The position numbers and the translations under genes are program-made. The notes beneath the pieces were generated by a model. The model had not been told where the DNA came from. It made no database searches and worked only from the letters and a program-made list of their open reading frames with translations. A DNA stretch of 64,000 nucleotides from Chrysomallon squamiferum. Lineage: Eukaryota; Animalia; Mollusca. Positions within the stretch are counted from its first letter, which is position 1. Every line of letters starts with the position of its first letter. Positions 10,811-25,907 of the stretch are shown piece by piece. The stretch is from assembly GCA_012295275.1 (NCBI GenBank), contig CM022666.1, forward strand, positions 14,756,001 through 14,820,000, written 5' to 3'.

Positions 10811-12502
10811 GTATATACATATGGAGAGAGAGATTAACTTAATATATTCTGTGATAGAGTTATGTGTTATTTGATGAGTTCTTTTCAGCTGAAATCAGAT
10901 AGTTTCTGTAAATGATCTTCTGCAGATCATGTGATATATGAAACTGCAGACGCCTACGAAGTATATAAATATAGATGAAGCGTGTTCTTCATAACTGAAT
11001 CAAGATTTGAGAATTAATAATAACAATAAAAATTTCAAAAGTATACCTACACACAATCATATAAAGTTCGGTAACGTCATTGTGTACTTTTCTTTGTGCG
11101 CAGTCTGTCTATGAACTCTTGAGTAATTCGCCGGAAGCGAAAAATGTCGTTTATCTCTCCGAGCTGGAATTTGAATTAAAACCAATATCAGAAATTTAAA
11201 GAATAATAGGGTTGCAGAAAAAATAGGTTGAAAGAAAACTGCAACGAATATTAAAGGAGTAAAAAAGAGAAAAATACTCTCTAGTAAAAAGAGAATGATT
11301 CTAAATGCGTTTTAGTTTATTTGCTATTTGCTATTTTCTTAACCATGGATTTTAAAGCATTTGTATAAAAAACAAAAACAAAAAAACAAACAAAAAAATA
11401 ACAAAACAACAACATTAAAGTAAAAAGAAAATACAAACAGAAGCAAAAACAGAGTACTCAGATAATTATTTCTGCTATTTGTTTTTCTATTATTTTTCTT
11501 TTTTTGGGTAGGGTTTTCTTTTTGTTTTTGTTTTTGTTTTCTCATTCTTTCATTCATTAATTCATTCATTCACTTTTCTCTCTATATTTATTTATTTATG
11601 ATTTTATTTGTTCATTGGTTTCACTATTTGATTAATTTTAATAAACAAACAAACAGTCAAACTAGAACTTCACCATGATCAGAAGTTAATACAGAAATTT
11701 CATCTCTGTAACCAGAAAACACTATTAATATTTTAATTTTCTTTCTTTTCTTCAGTCTTTCTGTCTGTCTGTCTTTCAGTCATCTATAACTTCTGTTTGT
11801 TTTTTTGTGTGTCGGTATATCTGTCTTTCTCTGTTACTGTATGTCGATCAGTTTTTCTCTCTATCTCCCTGATTGTCTGTCCATCCATCCATCTATCCTT
11901 CCTAGCACATATCAGTCAGTCTGTCTGTCCATCTACTTGACTCTTTCTTTCCTTTTGTCTTTCATTCTTCTGTCTATCTATATAGATATCTTTCTTTCTT
12001 TTTTCTTTCCTTCTGTTTACAATGTAATTATGTCTACATGTACCTCTTCATATTAAAGTTCGCTTTGAATTTGTCTTTGAAACTTGTAAACAAGTGACAT
12101 GTACAGACAGCCCGAAGAGTCGCTTATTTCCATCACTTACTTTCAAGTAGATGCCGCAAGAAAACATTTTGTTTCATGTTCCTCTAATTACTTCAGCAAG
12201 AAGAAGAAGAAAAAATGTACTCTTCGTCTTTTTCGACTATCTATTTCTCTCTGTGTTTGTGTCTCTGCGTGTGTTTGTTTCTATGTGTCTGTGTGTGTGC
12301 ATGTAAAATTATATATGTATGTACGTGTATGTGTGTCTGGATGTTTATATGCATGTATCTTTGTGTGTATATATGTGTGTGACTGGGGTAAATATTTGTT
12401 AGATTGTATTATCTATACATACTCTCATGCACACATATAGGCATGTATCTGTAGCCACCTACCTACCTACCTACCCACCAACGTACATACATACATACAT
12501 AC

Positions 12503-12615
<113 letters not shown>

Positions 12616-13081
12616 GCAAATATAGCAACCCCAAAACAACAAAAATTTAAAAAGATACAGAATATAATAAAAAATAATAATAAAATTTAAAAACAAAAAA
12701 AACGACAACCCCCCAAAAACACAATATTATTTCTCTTCCCGATTTATTTTATCCTTCTTTTCCTCTTCTGTCACTTTCTCTCGTTCCCTTCATCTCTCTG
12801 ATGTCCAGATCTGTAATCTAATCACGTAATTTTAAATCTGATCAAGAAAAATTCTCTAATCTGCTTTTTTTTTCCCCTTACATCTTTGAAATTTGTTAAT
12901 GCTTGGCATGCTTTTACCTGATTTGTTGTCACAGTTTTATTTTAAGTGACGTATTGCTGTTGCCCTAGGCTATATTTATTGGCTCGTCTGATTTTAATGG
13001 GGGAAAATAAAAGATTGCGTGCCCTTACCTCAGGGATCCAGTAAAAAAAAATATATATTACTTCTGTTTAGATATGAAAAA

Positions 13082-13162
<81 letters not shown>

Positions 13163-15049
13163 TTAATAATAGTTTTTATAGTCAAAGAAAGAGAAGTTGA
13201 AATGCTAAATATTTAACTCAAATCCTGAAGAAATGAGGAGAAAAAAATACCCCAAAAGGAAGACCAAAAGGTAATAAATAAATAAATAAATAGATAAATA
13301 AATCAAACTCGTTAACTACTTATTTTACTGAATTAAATGGATTCGCTGTTGGTACTGTTAATGTCGATATAAGATTGCAAGGGTGGGGGGAATAAAATAA
13401 TATAAATAAAATAAATAAAATAATTAATTAAAAAATAAATACATAAAATAAATAAATAAATAAACGAACAAACAAACAAAGATACATACAAACAAATAAA
13501 CCAATAAAAAAAAAAAAAAAAAAAAAAAAATCATAAATAAATAAAAATAAAATAAAATAAAATAAAACAAAGAATCTCATATGTAACCAGAATCAAGCCT
13601 GTACGTTTGAAATATATATATATATTTTTTCTGTTAACTTTATTTTTTTTTATTACTGACGGTAAAGCTCCATGAAATTTCTTTGAATGTTTTTATTTTT
13701 TTATTTTTCTTATTATTTCTATTTATTTAATTGGTTTCATATTTACATATTTATTTGCTTCTTTCTTTCTTTATTTTCCTCCTTTATTTACGTGTTTATT
13801 TGTTTATAAATGTTCGGGAACGCAAAGGCGCACGAGGTCAAAGTTCAATCACAATCTCACTAATGACGTCACGTGCCTCTTACGAGATTTGAACGTACGA
13901 ACGTACGTCAGAGTTGACGTGGAGATATTTAGAAAGGTGATCGAATATTACACTAATGAAATACACTGTTCATACGGGTCTCCCTTGTTCGTGCGTGCAT
14001 AATTCTAATAGGATGTCAAAGTTCATTGGAACTCGTTTCATTTAATCTGAATTGGATTTTATAAATACCAGAATGTATCACTCGATTATCATTGTAATTC
14101 TACAATCATGAGAAATATAAGTGACTTTCTATTTTTAGAGAGCATTTCTTAAAGGTCTATTCCTGCAACAGAATAATATTTCCTGTTGCCACCCATTCCT
14201 CCACGACTAGCTTTATTAAGGTGGTTGTGTTTTCTTGTCTCCGGGTAGGTGCGTATGAAAGATTTCATTGTGACAGTACGTACCGAATTGTAATTTCGAT
14301 CTTCCACACATTACTTTGTCTAACAAGAGATAAATTTTAAAAATAGTATCAGCTTTATTTGCATAAATATTTTTTTCCTTCTTTATACAGAGGCTTATTT
14401 TTGTATGCTGAAAAGTGTTCCTTAAAACACACACACACACACTCACTCACACCCACACACACACAAAGAGAGAGAGAGAGAGACACACACACAAAATAAA
14501 TACAACATAAATAAATATAAAAAAATAAAATAAAATAGAAAATAAATAAAATAATTAAAATGAATAAAATAAAATTAAATTAAATTAAATTAAATAATAT
14601 ACATCAATAAAAAAAAAAAAATAAAGAAACGCCTCTAATCTGGTATGATTTCTATATATATATATTTCTCCCGTGACTGATTTGTATTCTAGGTTTCTAT
14701 GTCAGATACAAATGAAGCAATAATCGATCACTAGGGAGATATTTGTTTCTGTTATTGTTTCACTGTGTCAGCTTTAACGTTGTATTATGCTAGTTCTGAG
14801 TGTATTTTCCACCTCATACATATTTATAAAACGTCCCAGACAAGTGTAGTGTATTCCCTCACACGCATTTCTTGTGTCAGCTGTAGTAACTTTCTTACAT
14901 CCAGCAAAATGTCATAGAGTCATTATATTACTTAACATCATCGCTTTTATTACAAGAAATAGTGTTCCTCCTATCGCTACTACTACTGCTATTGCAGCTA
15001 CATCATCTACTGCTATTACCACTACTACTACTACTACTGCTGCTGCTGT

Positions 15050-15096
<47 letters not shown>

Positions 15097-16129
15097 GAAT
15101 GCAAGACTAATACTAATACCAAAACCATTATTGCTGCTACTAGTGGTATAAGCAGTAAAAAGCAATAATATTTGAAGTAATAGTACAATAACGATAGTAG
15201 TAGTACTAGTAGCGTAGTACTAATACTAGCAGTAGTAATAGTGGTACTTGCAATACTGGGCGTAGTAGTAGTAGTAGTATAAGCATTAATAATAGTAGTT
15301 GAACTAATAGTAGTTAAAGTATTAGTAATAATAGTAGTAGTAGTAGTAGAGGTCGTAATAGAAATAGTAATAGTTGAATTAGTAGTAGCAGTAGTACTAA
15401 TAGTAGTAGTATAAGTAGTAGTAGAGTTAAAAGTAGTGATAGCAGCAGTAGCAGTAATAAATAATGAATCACGTGACTACAGATTATTTTTCAACAGATG
15501 AGAACAAAATAAGAAATAAATAAGAAAAATTCGATTCACGAAAAAATGTAATCGTATCTTGTAAGGTGATAGAATCTTTAATTACTGCAACTGAGAAATC
15601 AATTACCTTCTCGTAATTAGAGATATGATTTTTCTTTATTGATTAGAATATTCAATACGGATTCTCTAAAAAGAGAGAAGATTTTTTTTTTTTTTATTAT
15701 TCTTTTCCTTTTTCAAATCGTTATTTTTTACATCCTTTATAATCATTTTTTTTTTTTTTTATTATTATTATTTTTTTTTTTTTCCTCAAAGGTTGTAATG
15801 TTGAAACACGAAATGTAAGTCGTGGTTAATCCTGAATTTAATTTATTTTGTTCAGTTCATATTTCCAGAGAAAAATGATTGGTTTTGGTATTTTTCTGTT
15901 GATTCAAAAAATAATAATAATAAAAAATACAATGAATAAGTTTAAAAATAAATAAAGAAATAAAAAGAAAGAAAGAAAGAAAGAGAAAAATAAAGAAAGA
16001 AATGAAAAAAAAAACATTGAAAAGAAAATTCATTTGTCTAAATTAATACCATTCTTTTTCATCATCATCATTATGAGCACAGCCTTACCATTATAATATA
16101 CTTTTTCCCCGTTATTACTTTCTTTTTGC

Positions 16130-16168
<39 letters not shown>

Positions 16169-16503
16169 TTCTTTTCTTTTATCAAAGACTATTGTAGTCA
16201 GTAAGTGAAATAAATATAGTTATTTCGAAAACTATATTTTATTTTCATCATTTAATAAAACTGTCATAAATGCAACTGTTAAAGCTAGATCGAGAATCGT
16301 CGTTATTTTCCGTCATAAAAAAACAATTTATCCAAGCATGATCGTCAGTTCCCGTAAAAATACAATTAGTCCGAGCATCATCCTTAATCGCCGCCATAAA
16401 TATAATTAAATATATTATTATCGTTAATGTGTGTCATAAATATAATTAATACGAGACATATCTGTAATATCCGAATATCGTAGTTAATTTCTGTTATGAA
16501 AGG

Positions 16504-16595
<92 letters not shown>

Positions 16596-16776
16596 AGATA
16601 AGGATAAGAATATATCTGCAGGGACATCAAAGGAGGTTTAAAGCCACAATTAAAGGCGCTGAAAGGTTTATAAAGATAAATAAGTGCAGAAAGTTTAAGG
16701 ATTACGGAATAAACCTGCTATAAATAAATATGACTGGTGTCTGTCTGCTTGCTGTGTTCGGTTGTAATTATTTCCT

Positions 16777-16852
<76 letters not shown>

Positions 16853-17006
16853 ACTCTCTCTTTCTCATTCTTTCTCTCTCTCTCTCTTTCACTCTCTCTC
16901 TCTATCTTTTACTCTCTCTTTTTCACTTTCTCTTTCACTCTCTCTCATTCTCTCTCTTTCTCTCTCTCTCTTTTTCACTCTCTCTCTTTCTCTCTCTCTC
17001 TCTCTT

Positions 17007-17074
<68 letters not shown>

Positions 17075-18342
17075 CGGTGTATTTACTTATTTTTCATCTT
17101 TCGCCTCCTTTCCCTCTTCTCTGTTTTTTCTTTCTTCTTTTTCTCTCATTCTCTATCCACATTTATCTCGAAATATAATCAAATAAATAATATTACACTT
17201 TAATAAGACACGTTTGCTATGTTTTCTCAGCGATAGATATATTTAAGATATATCATTTATTATTAGTAGTATTTTCATTTCCTTTTTTTCCCCATGAACT
17301 CTGTATCCAATTTTACATGACAGAACATCGCTTCTGTAGTCTAATAGTGTAATATATATCACAAATACACAATCAGCTTAAAAAAAAAAAAAAAAAAATT
17401 AACAAGGCGCTTTAGTCAAATGTCAAATTATATCGTTGATGTTATTTGCAGAACTTCTTGCACTGAAATGAGAACAGTGAGTTCATGTTCAAGAAATCTT
17501 AAAAAGAAAAAGAAAAAGAAGAAAAAGAAAAAGAAGAAAAATAATAAAAGTGATTATCTACTTTTTTTTTTATCGTACCTTTTATGTCTTCAGAGTTATA
17601 TGTTAGTTTTGCATTTTCTTTAAGTTACACAAAGGTTGATGGCAAAAGCAAAAACAGAAAAGTACAACACTGCACATAGTGATACAACCGCTTCTACAAG
17701 AACAACAGCAACCACTACTACTACTAGTACAACTGCTGCTACTACTATTCCTACTATTATTAGTACTACAGTTATTACTTCATCTGTTATTACTATTACC
17801 ACTACCACTACCGCAACCACTACCACAACCACAACCACAACCATGACCATTACTATTGTTACTGCTATTACTACTAGTATTACTCTACCAATATTACTAC
17901 TAGTACTACTATCATCACCATCACCAGCAGTACAGGTACTACATCTACTACAACTACTATTATTCTGCTACTACCACAACTGTTGGTTCCAGTATTACAA
18001 CAGCAACAGCAACAACAGTTATTAATACTACAACTACTACCACTACTATTAGCATCCAAGAAACAGTAGAAAAAACAAATCATTTTCTTCAGATCATGCC
18101 TTCACAAATACAGTTTGTTTTTGTATTTTCGTTATTTATATTGGGTAGCGGATCTGCTACGAATCTAATAAAACTTAAGCTTCAGCAATCCTAATCCTGA
18201 ATCGACTTTATAAGCGACTTCAGTCCACACAGCTTATTGTTATTTTTTATAGATTTACTGCAGCAATAAATTATCAGCTTTAGCGAAGCCGACATTCAAC
18301 AGTATTACAGCAAATATCTGTCTGTCTGCCTGTCTGTCTATC

Positions 18343-18373
<31 letters not shown>

Positions 18374-18564
18374 CTATCTACCTATCTGATAGCAGTAGTT
18401 AATAATAATTCAATAACAGCAGCAACAACAATAATAACAATAAAAATAATAATAGCAACAGCAACAGCAACAACAACCACTACTACAATAATAATAATTA
18501 TTATTATTATGATAATTATAACAATAATAATAATAATGACAACAACAACAACAACAACAACAAC

Positions 18565-18618
<54 letters not shown>

Positions 18619-18941
18619 TATAATAATAATAATAATACTGAACGGTAACACAAAACTTTCTGACCGATATTGTAATAAATGATTTCGGAGTTTCGCTGCC
18701 ATGGACGTTCTTTTAGTACAAACCTTGCCGCAGGAAATTTGTAAGTCATTGTTCAGTGTTGTTAATTAATTTTGCTCATTAGAACAGAAATGAGCTGGCA
18801 GCCTCACCCTCGGGGCCTGTAAAACATGCAAATCAGTTTCATAGTGTGACGCGCTGAAACCTTTGTATCAGCTTTTGCTAAGACGAGAGCGAAGATTTGT
18901 GAGTCTGGTACCAACCATGTTTTTATTTCTCAGTCACAGAC

Positions 18942-19212
18942 TGTTTGTTTGTTTGTTTGTTTGTTTGTTTATTTATTTATTTATTTATTTAGCTATTTAT
19001 TTATTTGTTTATTTATTTGTTTGTTTATTTATTTGTTTGTTTATTTGTTTATTTATTTATTTGTTTGTTTGTTTATTTATTTAGCTATTTATTTATTTGT
19101 TTAATTGTTTATTTATTTATTTATTTATTTGTTTGTTTATTTATTTATTTATTTGTTTGTTTGTTTGTTTGTTTGTTTATTTATTTAGCTATTTATTTAT
19201 TTATTTGTTAAT

Positions 19213-19263
<51 letters not shown>

Positions 19264-19285
19264 TTATTTATTTATTTATTTATTG
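18942..19285. repeat. (TTTA/TTTG)n compound microsatellite
   Basis: Directly visible. Confidence 0.95.
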
Positions 19286-19715
19286 TAAATTGTTATCATC
19301 ATAATCATCACTGACATTTTTGTTTTGTTCATCATCTGTGGTCATCGTGATGCCAGTTATTGAGATTATTGTTGTTGTTTTCATTATTATTTTGTTACTG
19401 TTTTATTGTTATTATTAATCCTACGTTGTGAATGTTTCTGTTGTTGTTGTTGTTCTTGTGAGTATTATTATTACAACTATAATTATCATCGACATTATTG
19501 TTATATTATTATTGTCATTATCATCATTATTTTCTTCTCATCATTATTATTGCTGTTGTTGTTATCATCGTCATCGTTATCGTCGTTATTATTAGTTTTG
19601 TATTCGTGGCCTTTTATCTACCTACCTACCTACCTACCTACCTATCTACCTAGCTATCTATTTATCTATCTATCTATCTTATATATCTATCTATTTATCT
19701 GTCTGTCTATATGTG

Positions 19716-19776
<61 letters not shown>

Positions 19777-20359
19777 GTTTGTCTGTCTGTCTTCTGAGAT
19801 CATGGCTAAGCTCACGTTTTCAGGAAATCTCAACAGTTATATTTTAACTGGTAGCTTGTTATTTTCAGCGTCTTCTTTATTGTGTTTAAAATATTTCTGT
19901 TGATAGCGAAAACCTTTTGATTATTACTGATAGCCACCTTGACGATCTCTGTCTCTCTTTCTCTCTGTCGGTTTGACTGTTCCTGTCCCTCTCTCTGTCT
20001 CTTATATATTTATGCATTTTTGTGTGTGTGTTTGTGTGTGTCTCTATCTATCACTGTTTCTTTTCCCTTTCTCTCTGTCTTAATCTACCTATTTCTATCT
20101 ATCACTCTATATATCTGTCTGTTTGTATGTCTGTCTGTCTATTTATCTCCCACACAAATACACAGCTTTGACATTCTGTCATGTTATTTCTCCAGGCTAC
20201 TGTTCGTTCTTAACTTAATTTTCTCATTTTAGCAACGTTTTGTTCCTAACTTAGTACTTGTTAAATTTCAGTTAGTTCAATTACTGTCATTTAACGCACA
20301 ATTAAATTCAAAACTCCCTGTGTTATTTTTAATGTTAATGTAATCTATCTCTCTCTCTT

Positions 20360-20578
<219 letters not shown>

Positions 20579-20661
20579 GCTGTTACAGACAGACATACAT
20601 ACATAATACTTTCTCTTTCTTTATCTCATTCCTCTTTGTTAGTCTTCCTTTGTATGCGTTT

Positions 20662-20666
20662 ATACA

Positions 20667-20697
<31 letters not shown>

Positions 20698-20781
20698 GTG
20701 CATACATACATACATACATACATACATACATACATACATACATACATACATACATACATACATACATACATACATACATAC
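20662..20781. repeat. (TACA)n microsatellite; the complementary (TGTA)n tract lies at 23699-23945
   Basis: Directly visible. Confidence 0.95.
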
Positions 20782-21725
20782 GTGCATACCTACATATATA
20801 TGTGTGTGTGTAGCTAATTTTAAAAATATTATATATTTTTATTCTGCTGGGGATTAAGTATTAATCTCATTTATGAACATGGAAAGATAATCCGATTAAG
20901 CAAAGACCTCAAAAAAAAAAAAATATATAAGAAAAGAAAAAAGAAAAAAAAAATTATATTAATCAAATTTATTTTTTAATAATAGTATCAGAATAATCCT
21001 GCAAGTTGATTTTAATGCTTTATTATTATTAATATGTATATTTATAAAATTATTAATAGTTTTTCAAGGACAAAAACGTGGGTCATTGGCAAAAACGGAT
21101 TAAGATTACAGAAATAACGAATGTGTTGATTAAGTTAAATATAGACTCCAGCGTTATTCACATGAGAGATTCACAAAGCTACGGTCAGTGATATTTCTTG
21201 TACATCTTCGTGTAATTTCTTTTATTTCAAGATTCTCATTTTCAGACGGACTGGGTACGGGCGAAGAAACAAATACATTGAGAGGTGTTTTTATTTACTT
21301 ATCTGTTAGTTTGGTTGTTTATAATAACAATTAATTAATTTATTATCTAAATGTCCGGTATTAGGGATGTGAAAATGTCAGTTTAATTTATCTTAATCGA
21401 ACTGACATGTCGATTTTTATTTTATTTTATTTTTTATTTTTTATTTTTTATTTTTTTTTAATTATTATTATTATTTAAAATTAGTTCTAATTTTTTTGAC
21501 GGAATTCAATTTAGTATTTCAATCTATTTTTTTTTTTCTACTTCGAATTTTTTTTTTTTTTTTTTTTTTTTGCATTTGTATTTCTATAGTGTTGTTGTTG
21601 TCGTTGATGTTGTTGTATTTTATACTTTTTCACTGTAGAGATTATTTTTCCCTAATGTTAAATACTTTATACTTTAACAGCTAATTTTTGTTTTATTAAT
21701 AAAATTAATCAATGTTTTGTACTCA

Positions 21726-21757
<32 letters not shown>

Positions 21758-23032
21758 CAATAACAATAATAATGATGATGACAATGATAACAAATAAATA
21801 AAATGATTTAAACTTTAATGGGACACGCAGAGAAACAGATAGGAAGAAAAAACAAAAACTAAATGTACTGAAACTTATAAAGAGACAGACAGACAGACGT
21901 AACATTGTCTGACAGACTTACAAAAAGACAAACAGACACACAGACACATAATGCAGTTGTCGTTGCTGTTGTTGTTGATGAAGTTATTATTGTTGTTACT
22001 ATTATTACACCTGCTTGTTGTTTGAGTGGTGCTGCTGCCGTAGGTGTTGTGTTTTGTACTCGACGACGTCACTGAAGTGGTTATTAAATTAAATGTAACG
22101 ACATCAGGTGGGTTTATTTTCCACATTTCTGTTCAACCGTTCATTTAGACGAGTTGTACGGCAATCATGGCGAATTAACACAGACTGCCTTCGGGCGCAT
22201 TACTCCAGTATATCTGGAGTGCGTGACAGTAATAGTATGGGTGAAGTAACGTAACAGTCGCTTTCATTTCTTTCTTCATTTCTTCATATATATATATTTA
22301 TTCGTGTGTGTGTGTGTTATATGCAGCAGCACTGGCTAGAAAGCACAGTACATCTCTAGACCCACGAAGAACATGTCAGCTCTGTTATTCTCTTGCTCTC
22401 GTTTTTTCTCTGTCTCTCTCTTAAACACAAACACGCAACACATACATACATAAAAAAAGATACAGACACACAAAAAACCCACAGAAACCCACGAAAAACA
22501 CACACACACACACACAAAACACACAGACTTACATTCACTCCCAAACACATAAATACGCAGATACATAAACGTACGCAAACACATTCATGACTAAATAAAC
22601 TGGCACGATAACAAAATCACACAACAACAAAAAAAATCCCATTAAAACTACATAATACGTATTTCTCATTGATAAATTCGTACCATTATAATAATAATAA
22701 CAATGACAAAAAAAAAAAAAAAAAAATTAATTAAAAAAAACACAAAAAAAACACTCCAAAATTACATAACGTTCAACTTTCATTCTTCTTCTCCTTTCTT
22801 TAACTGTTCTCAGACCTGCACACTCCACCTACCCACCCACCCACCCATCCTCTTTCTTCAGTTCTTCCAGGACATTAGTCTATGTTTCCATCGCAAGTGT
22901 GATCATTTTTGTTATTGTTGTTGTTACTGTTGTTGTTGTTGTTGCTGTTGTTGATATTATTATAATTATTATTTTTGTTCTTGTTTTTGTTTTTATTGTT
23001 GCTGTTGCTGATACCGTTATTATTATCGTTAT

Positions 23033-23140
<108 letters not shown>

Positions 23141-23241
23141 CTAGTAGTGGTAGTAGTAGTAGTGTTGTTATTTTTATTATTATTATTATTATCATCATCA
23201 TCAATATTTTCTTCTACTTCTTAGAAGAATAATAATAAAAA

Positions 23242-23311
<70 letters not shown>

Positions 23312-24240
23312 GTTAATAATTAATCACATATATCTGTTTAAAAACGATACAAAAATGAAGAAAAGAAGAAGAAGAAGAAGGAGAAAAAAATCCACTGCTT
23401 GATTATGTAAACTTTTCCTGTTTTTTGCGACCGATTGCCTCTCTACTTGAAGGCAGTTCGTAATTACTGGTGTGCTAGCTTTTTTTGACTAACAGCTGAA
23501 CTATCGTGCGCTATTAATCTTTTTTTTCACATGACAGGTGATATGTACTTTTGAGAGAAAATAACGAGAAAGTCTGTCTGCTCTCTTTTAGAGTGACAGA
23601 GACACAGAGAGACAGTGAGCACCTGGTATAGCCTGACAACCGTCAATATGTTAGTGTGTGTGTCTGTCTATGATAAATAGATTGATAAATAGCCATTATA
23701 TGTATGCATGTATGTATGAATGTATGTATGTATGTATGTATGTATGTATGCATGCATGCATGTATGTATGTATGTATGTATGTATGTATGTATGTATGTA
23801 TGTATGTATGTATGTATGTATGTATGTATGTATGTATGTATGTATGTATGTATGTATGCATGTATGCATGTATATGTATGTATGCATGTATGTATGAATG
23901 TATGTATGTATGTGTGCGTATGTATGTATGTATGTGTGTGTATGTGTGTTTATGTAATAAGAGAGAAAGAGACACGACACAAAAGAGATAAAAATGAAGA
24001 GACAGAAGAAGGGAGACAGAGAAAGAATAATACTACGTATTACTATGTGTGTTTAATTGTGTGTATGTGTTTATATATATATATATATATATTTATATGT
24101 CTGCATGTGTGCGGATCTGTGTATCTGTGTGTGCTTAGTGTGTGTAAAAGAGAAATAACGACAAAGTACACGTCTTCAAATATCAGCCAATTTAAAGATC
24201 ATCCTAAGACATCAAGGTCTGTTTTCTTCAACTGTTACAG

Positions 24241-24434
24241 ATCCAATAACGGTCTTTGTTTTCGACTGCGGACCAACTCACCCTGGTTTTAATTACAGGA
24301 CGCACATCTTCTTCTTGTCTCGTCTTTTGAGTGAAGTGACGGATAGACAAACCCTCGGTTCATGTGGTGTAATCATTCAGTTGTGTCGCACACAGAAACG
24401 AATCGATGGGTCTGTCATTGAATACACAGCTAAG
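24241..24434 (+). other. Candidate orphan spliced exon (coding or lncRNA)
   Basis: gttttcttcaactgttacag acceptor and aag|gtaagt consensus donor. One frame is open across all 194 nt. No recognisable protein family and no partner exons found. Confidence 0.3.
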
Positions 24435-24619
24435 GTAAGTAATCGACTAAAAGTACTTTACTTGTCTCTGCTGGTTTTGATATTCTTACTACAACAGCAG
24501 TGATACATTAAGAGTACTTAATGCGCATCCTGTCGGTGACATAAACAGGAAAAGCAGAAGTACAGAACTGTTTTATCGCTGCACTGAAAAACTAGAAATT
24601 CGTTCCAGAAATATCAGAA

Positions 24620-24838
24620 TTACGTCACTGAGATAGCAGCATTACTTCACTCAAAAAAAGCATTACGTCACAGAAAAGGCAATATTATATGACTGAAAAG
24701 ACGGCATTGCGTCACCGAAAAGTCAGTTTGCATCACTGAAACGTCAGTATTACGTCACTGTAACGGCAGTATTGCGTCATAGATAAGACAGCATTGCGTC
24801 ACTGAAAGGTCAGTATTACGTCACTGAAAGGTCAGTAG
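24620..24838. repeat. Degenerate ~22-bp minisatellite (10 units) with conserved TTRCGTCA cores
   Basis: Cores run from 24620 to 24816: TTACGTCA x4, TTGCGTCA x3, TTGCATCA x1 and two degenerate copies. Confidence 0.85.
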
Positions 24839-24936
24839 TAGCACTGTTGTAGTTTTTAAGACCGTAAGATTTCAGGATCGCGTGGCCATTGATTGACAGA
24901 AAAACAAACAAACAAATAATAATAAATAAGAAGATA

Positions 24937-24968
<32 letters not shown>

Positions 24969-25650
24969 ATAATAATAAAATAATAAAATAAAAAATAAAC
25001 AAAATTAACACATAATCATTTTTCTTCTGTTGGATATTTAAGCTGCAAAGAACAGACAGATAGATAGATGTATACACACATACACACATACATACATACA
25101 TATATATATGCATACATACATACATGCATGCATAAATACATGCCTACAAACATACATATATATATATATAGTAATCATAGTAGTAGCAAAAGTAGTAGTC
25201 GTAATCGTACTGGTAGTAGTAGTAGTGATGATAATAAAAACAAAATATTAATTGAGTCTTGAAAAACAAAAACAGCTTTCAGTAAAGTAGTAATTCGTTT
25301 TCCCCAGAGAAAGCAATGACGTCACTCATTTATAACATAATACATTTAGAAGTGAATTAAAAGACAAGGAGGAATACATGTACGATCAGACAGTTCTAAT
25401 TGTACTGACAAAGTTTACCAAATCGAATTTGCATGACCGAATTTTTTCATTATTTTTAACTGACACCTGAATTGAATGTTATTAAAATGTGTTCAGTCGA
25501 CAACTGTATAGATGGAATATAGCTATATCGATATACGCGCACGCACACACACACACACACACGCACACACACACACACATACATACATACATACATACAT
25601 ATATGTAGTAAATAGATACGAAATAAATCTGTTTCTGTCTCTGACACTGC

Positions 25651-25797
<147 letters not shown>

Positions 25798-25867
25798 CAT
25801 ATATATTATTAATACAAGAATAAATAAGAAATAAGAAATAGTTCACCATCTCTCCCTGCCCTATCTA

Positions 25868-25907
<40 letters not shown>

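Noticed and set aside
17620-18083. Thr-rich mucin-like ORF (also 14874-15110, 39781-40008, 41761-41985)
   Set aside because: These are degenerate ACT/ACC/CAT trinucleotide microsatellites, open in several frames on both strands, with no exon boundaries.
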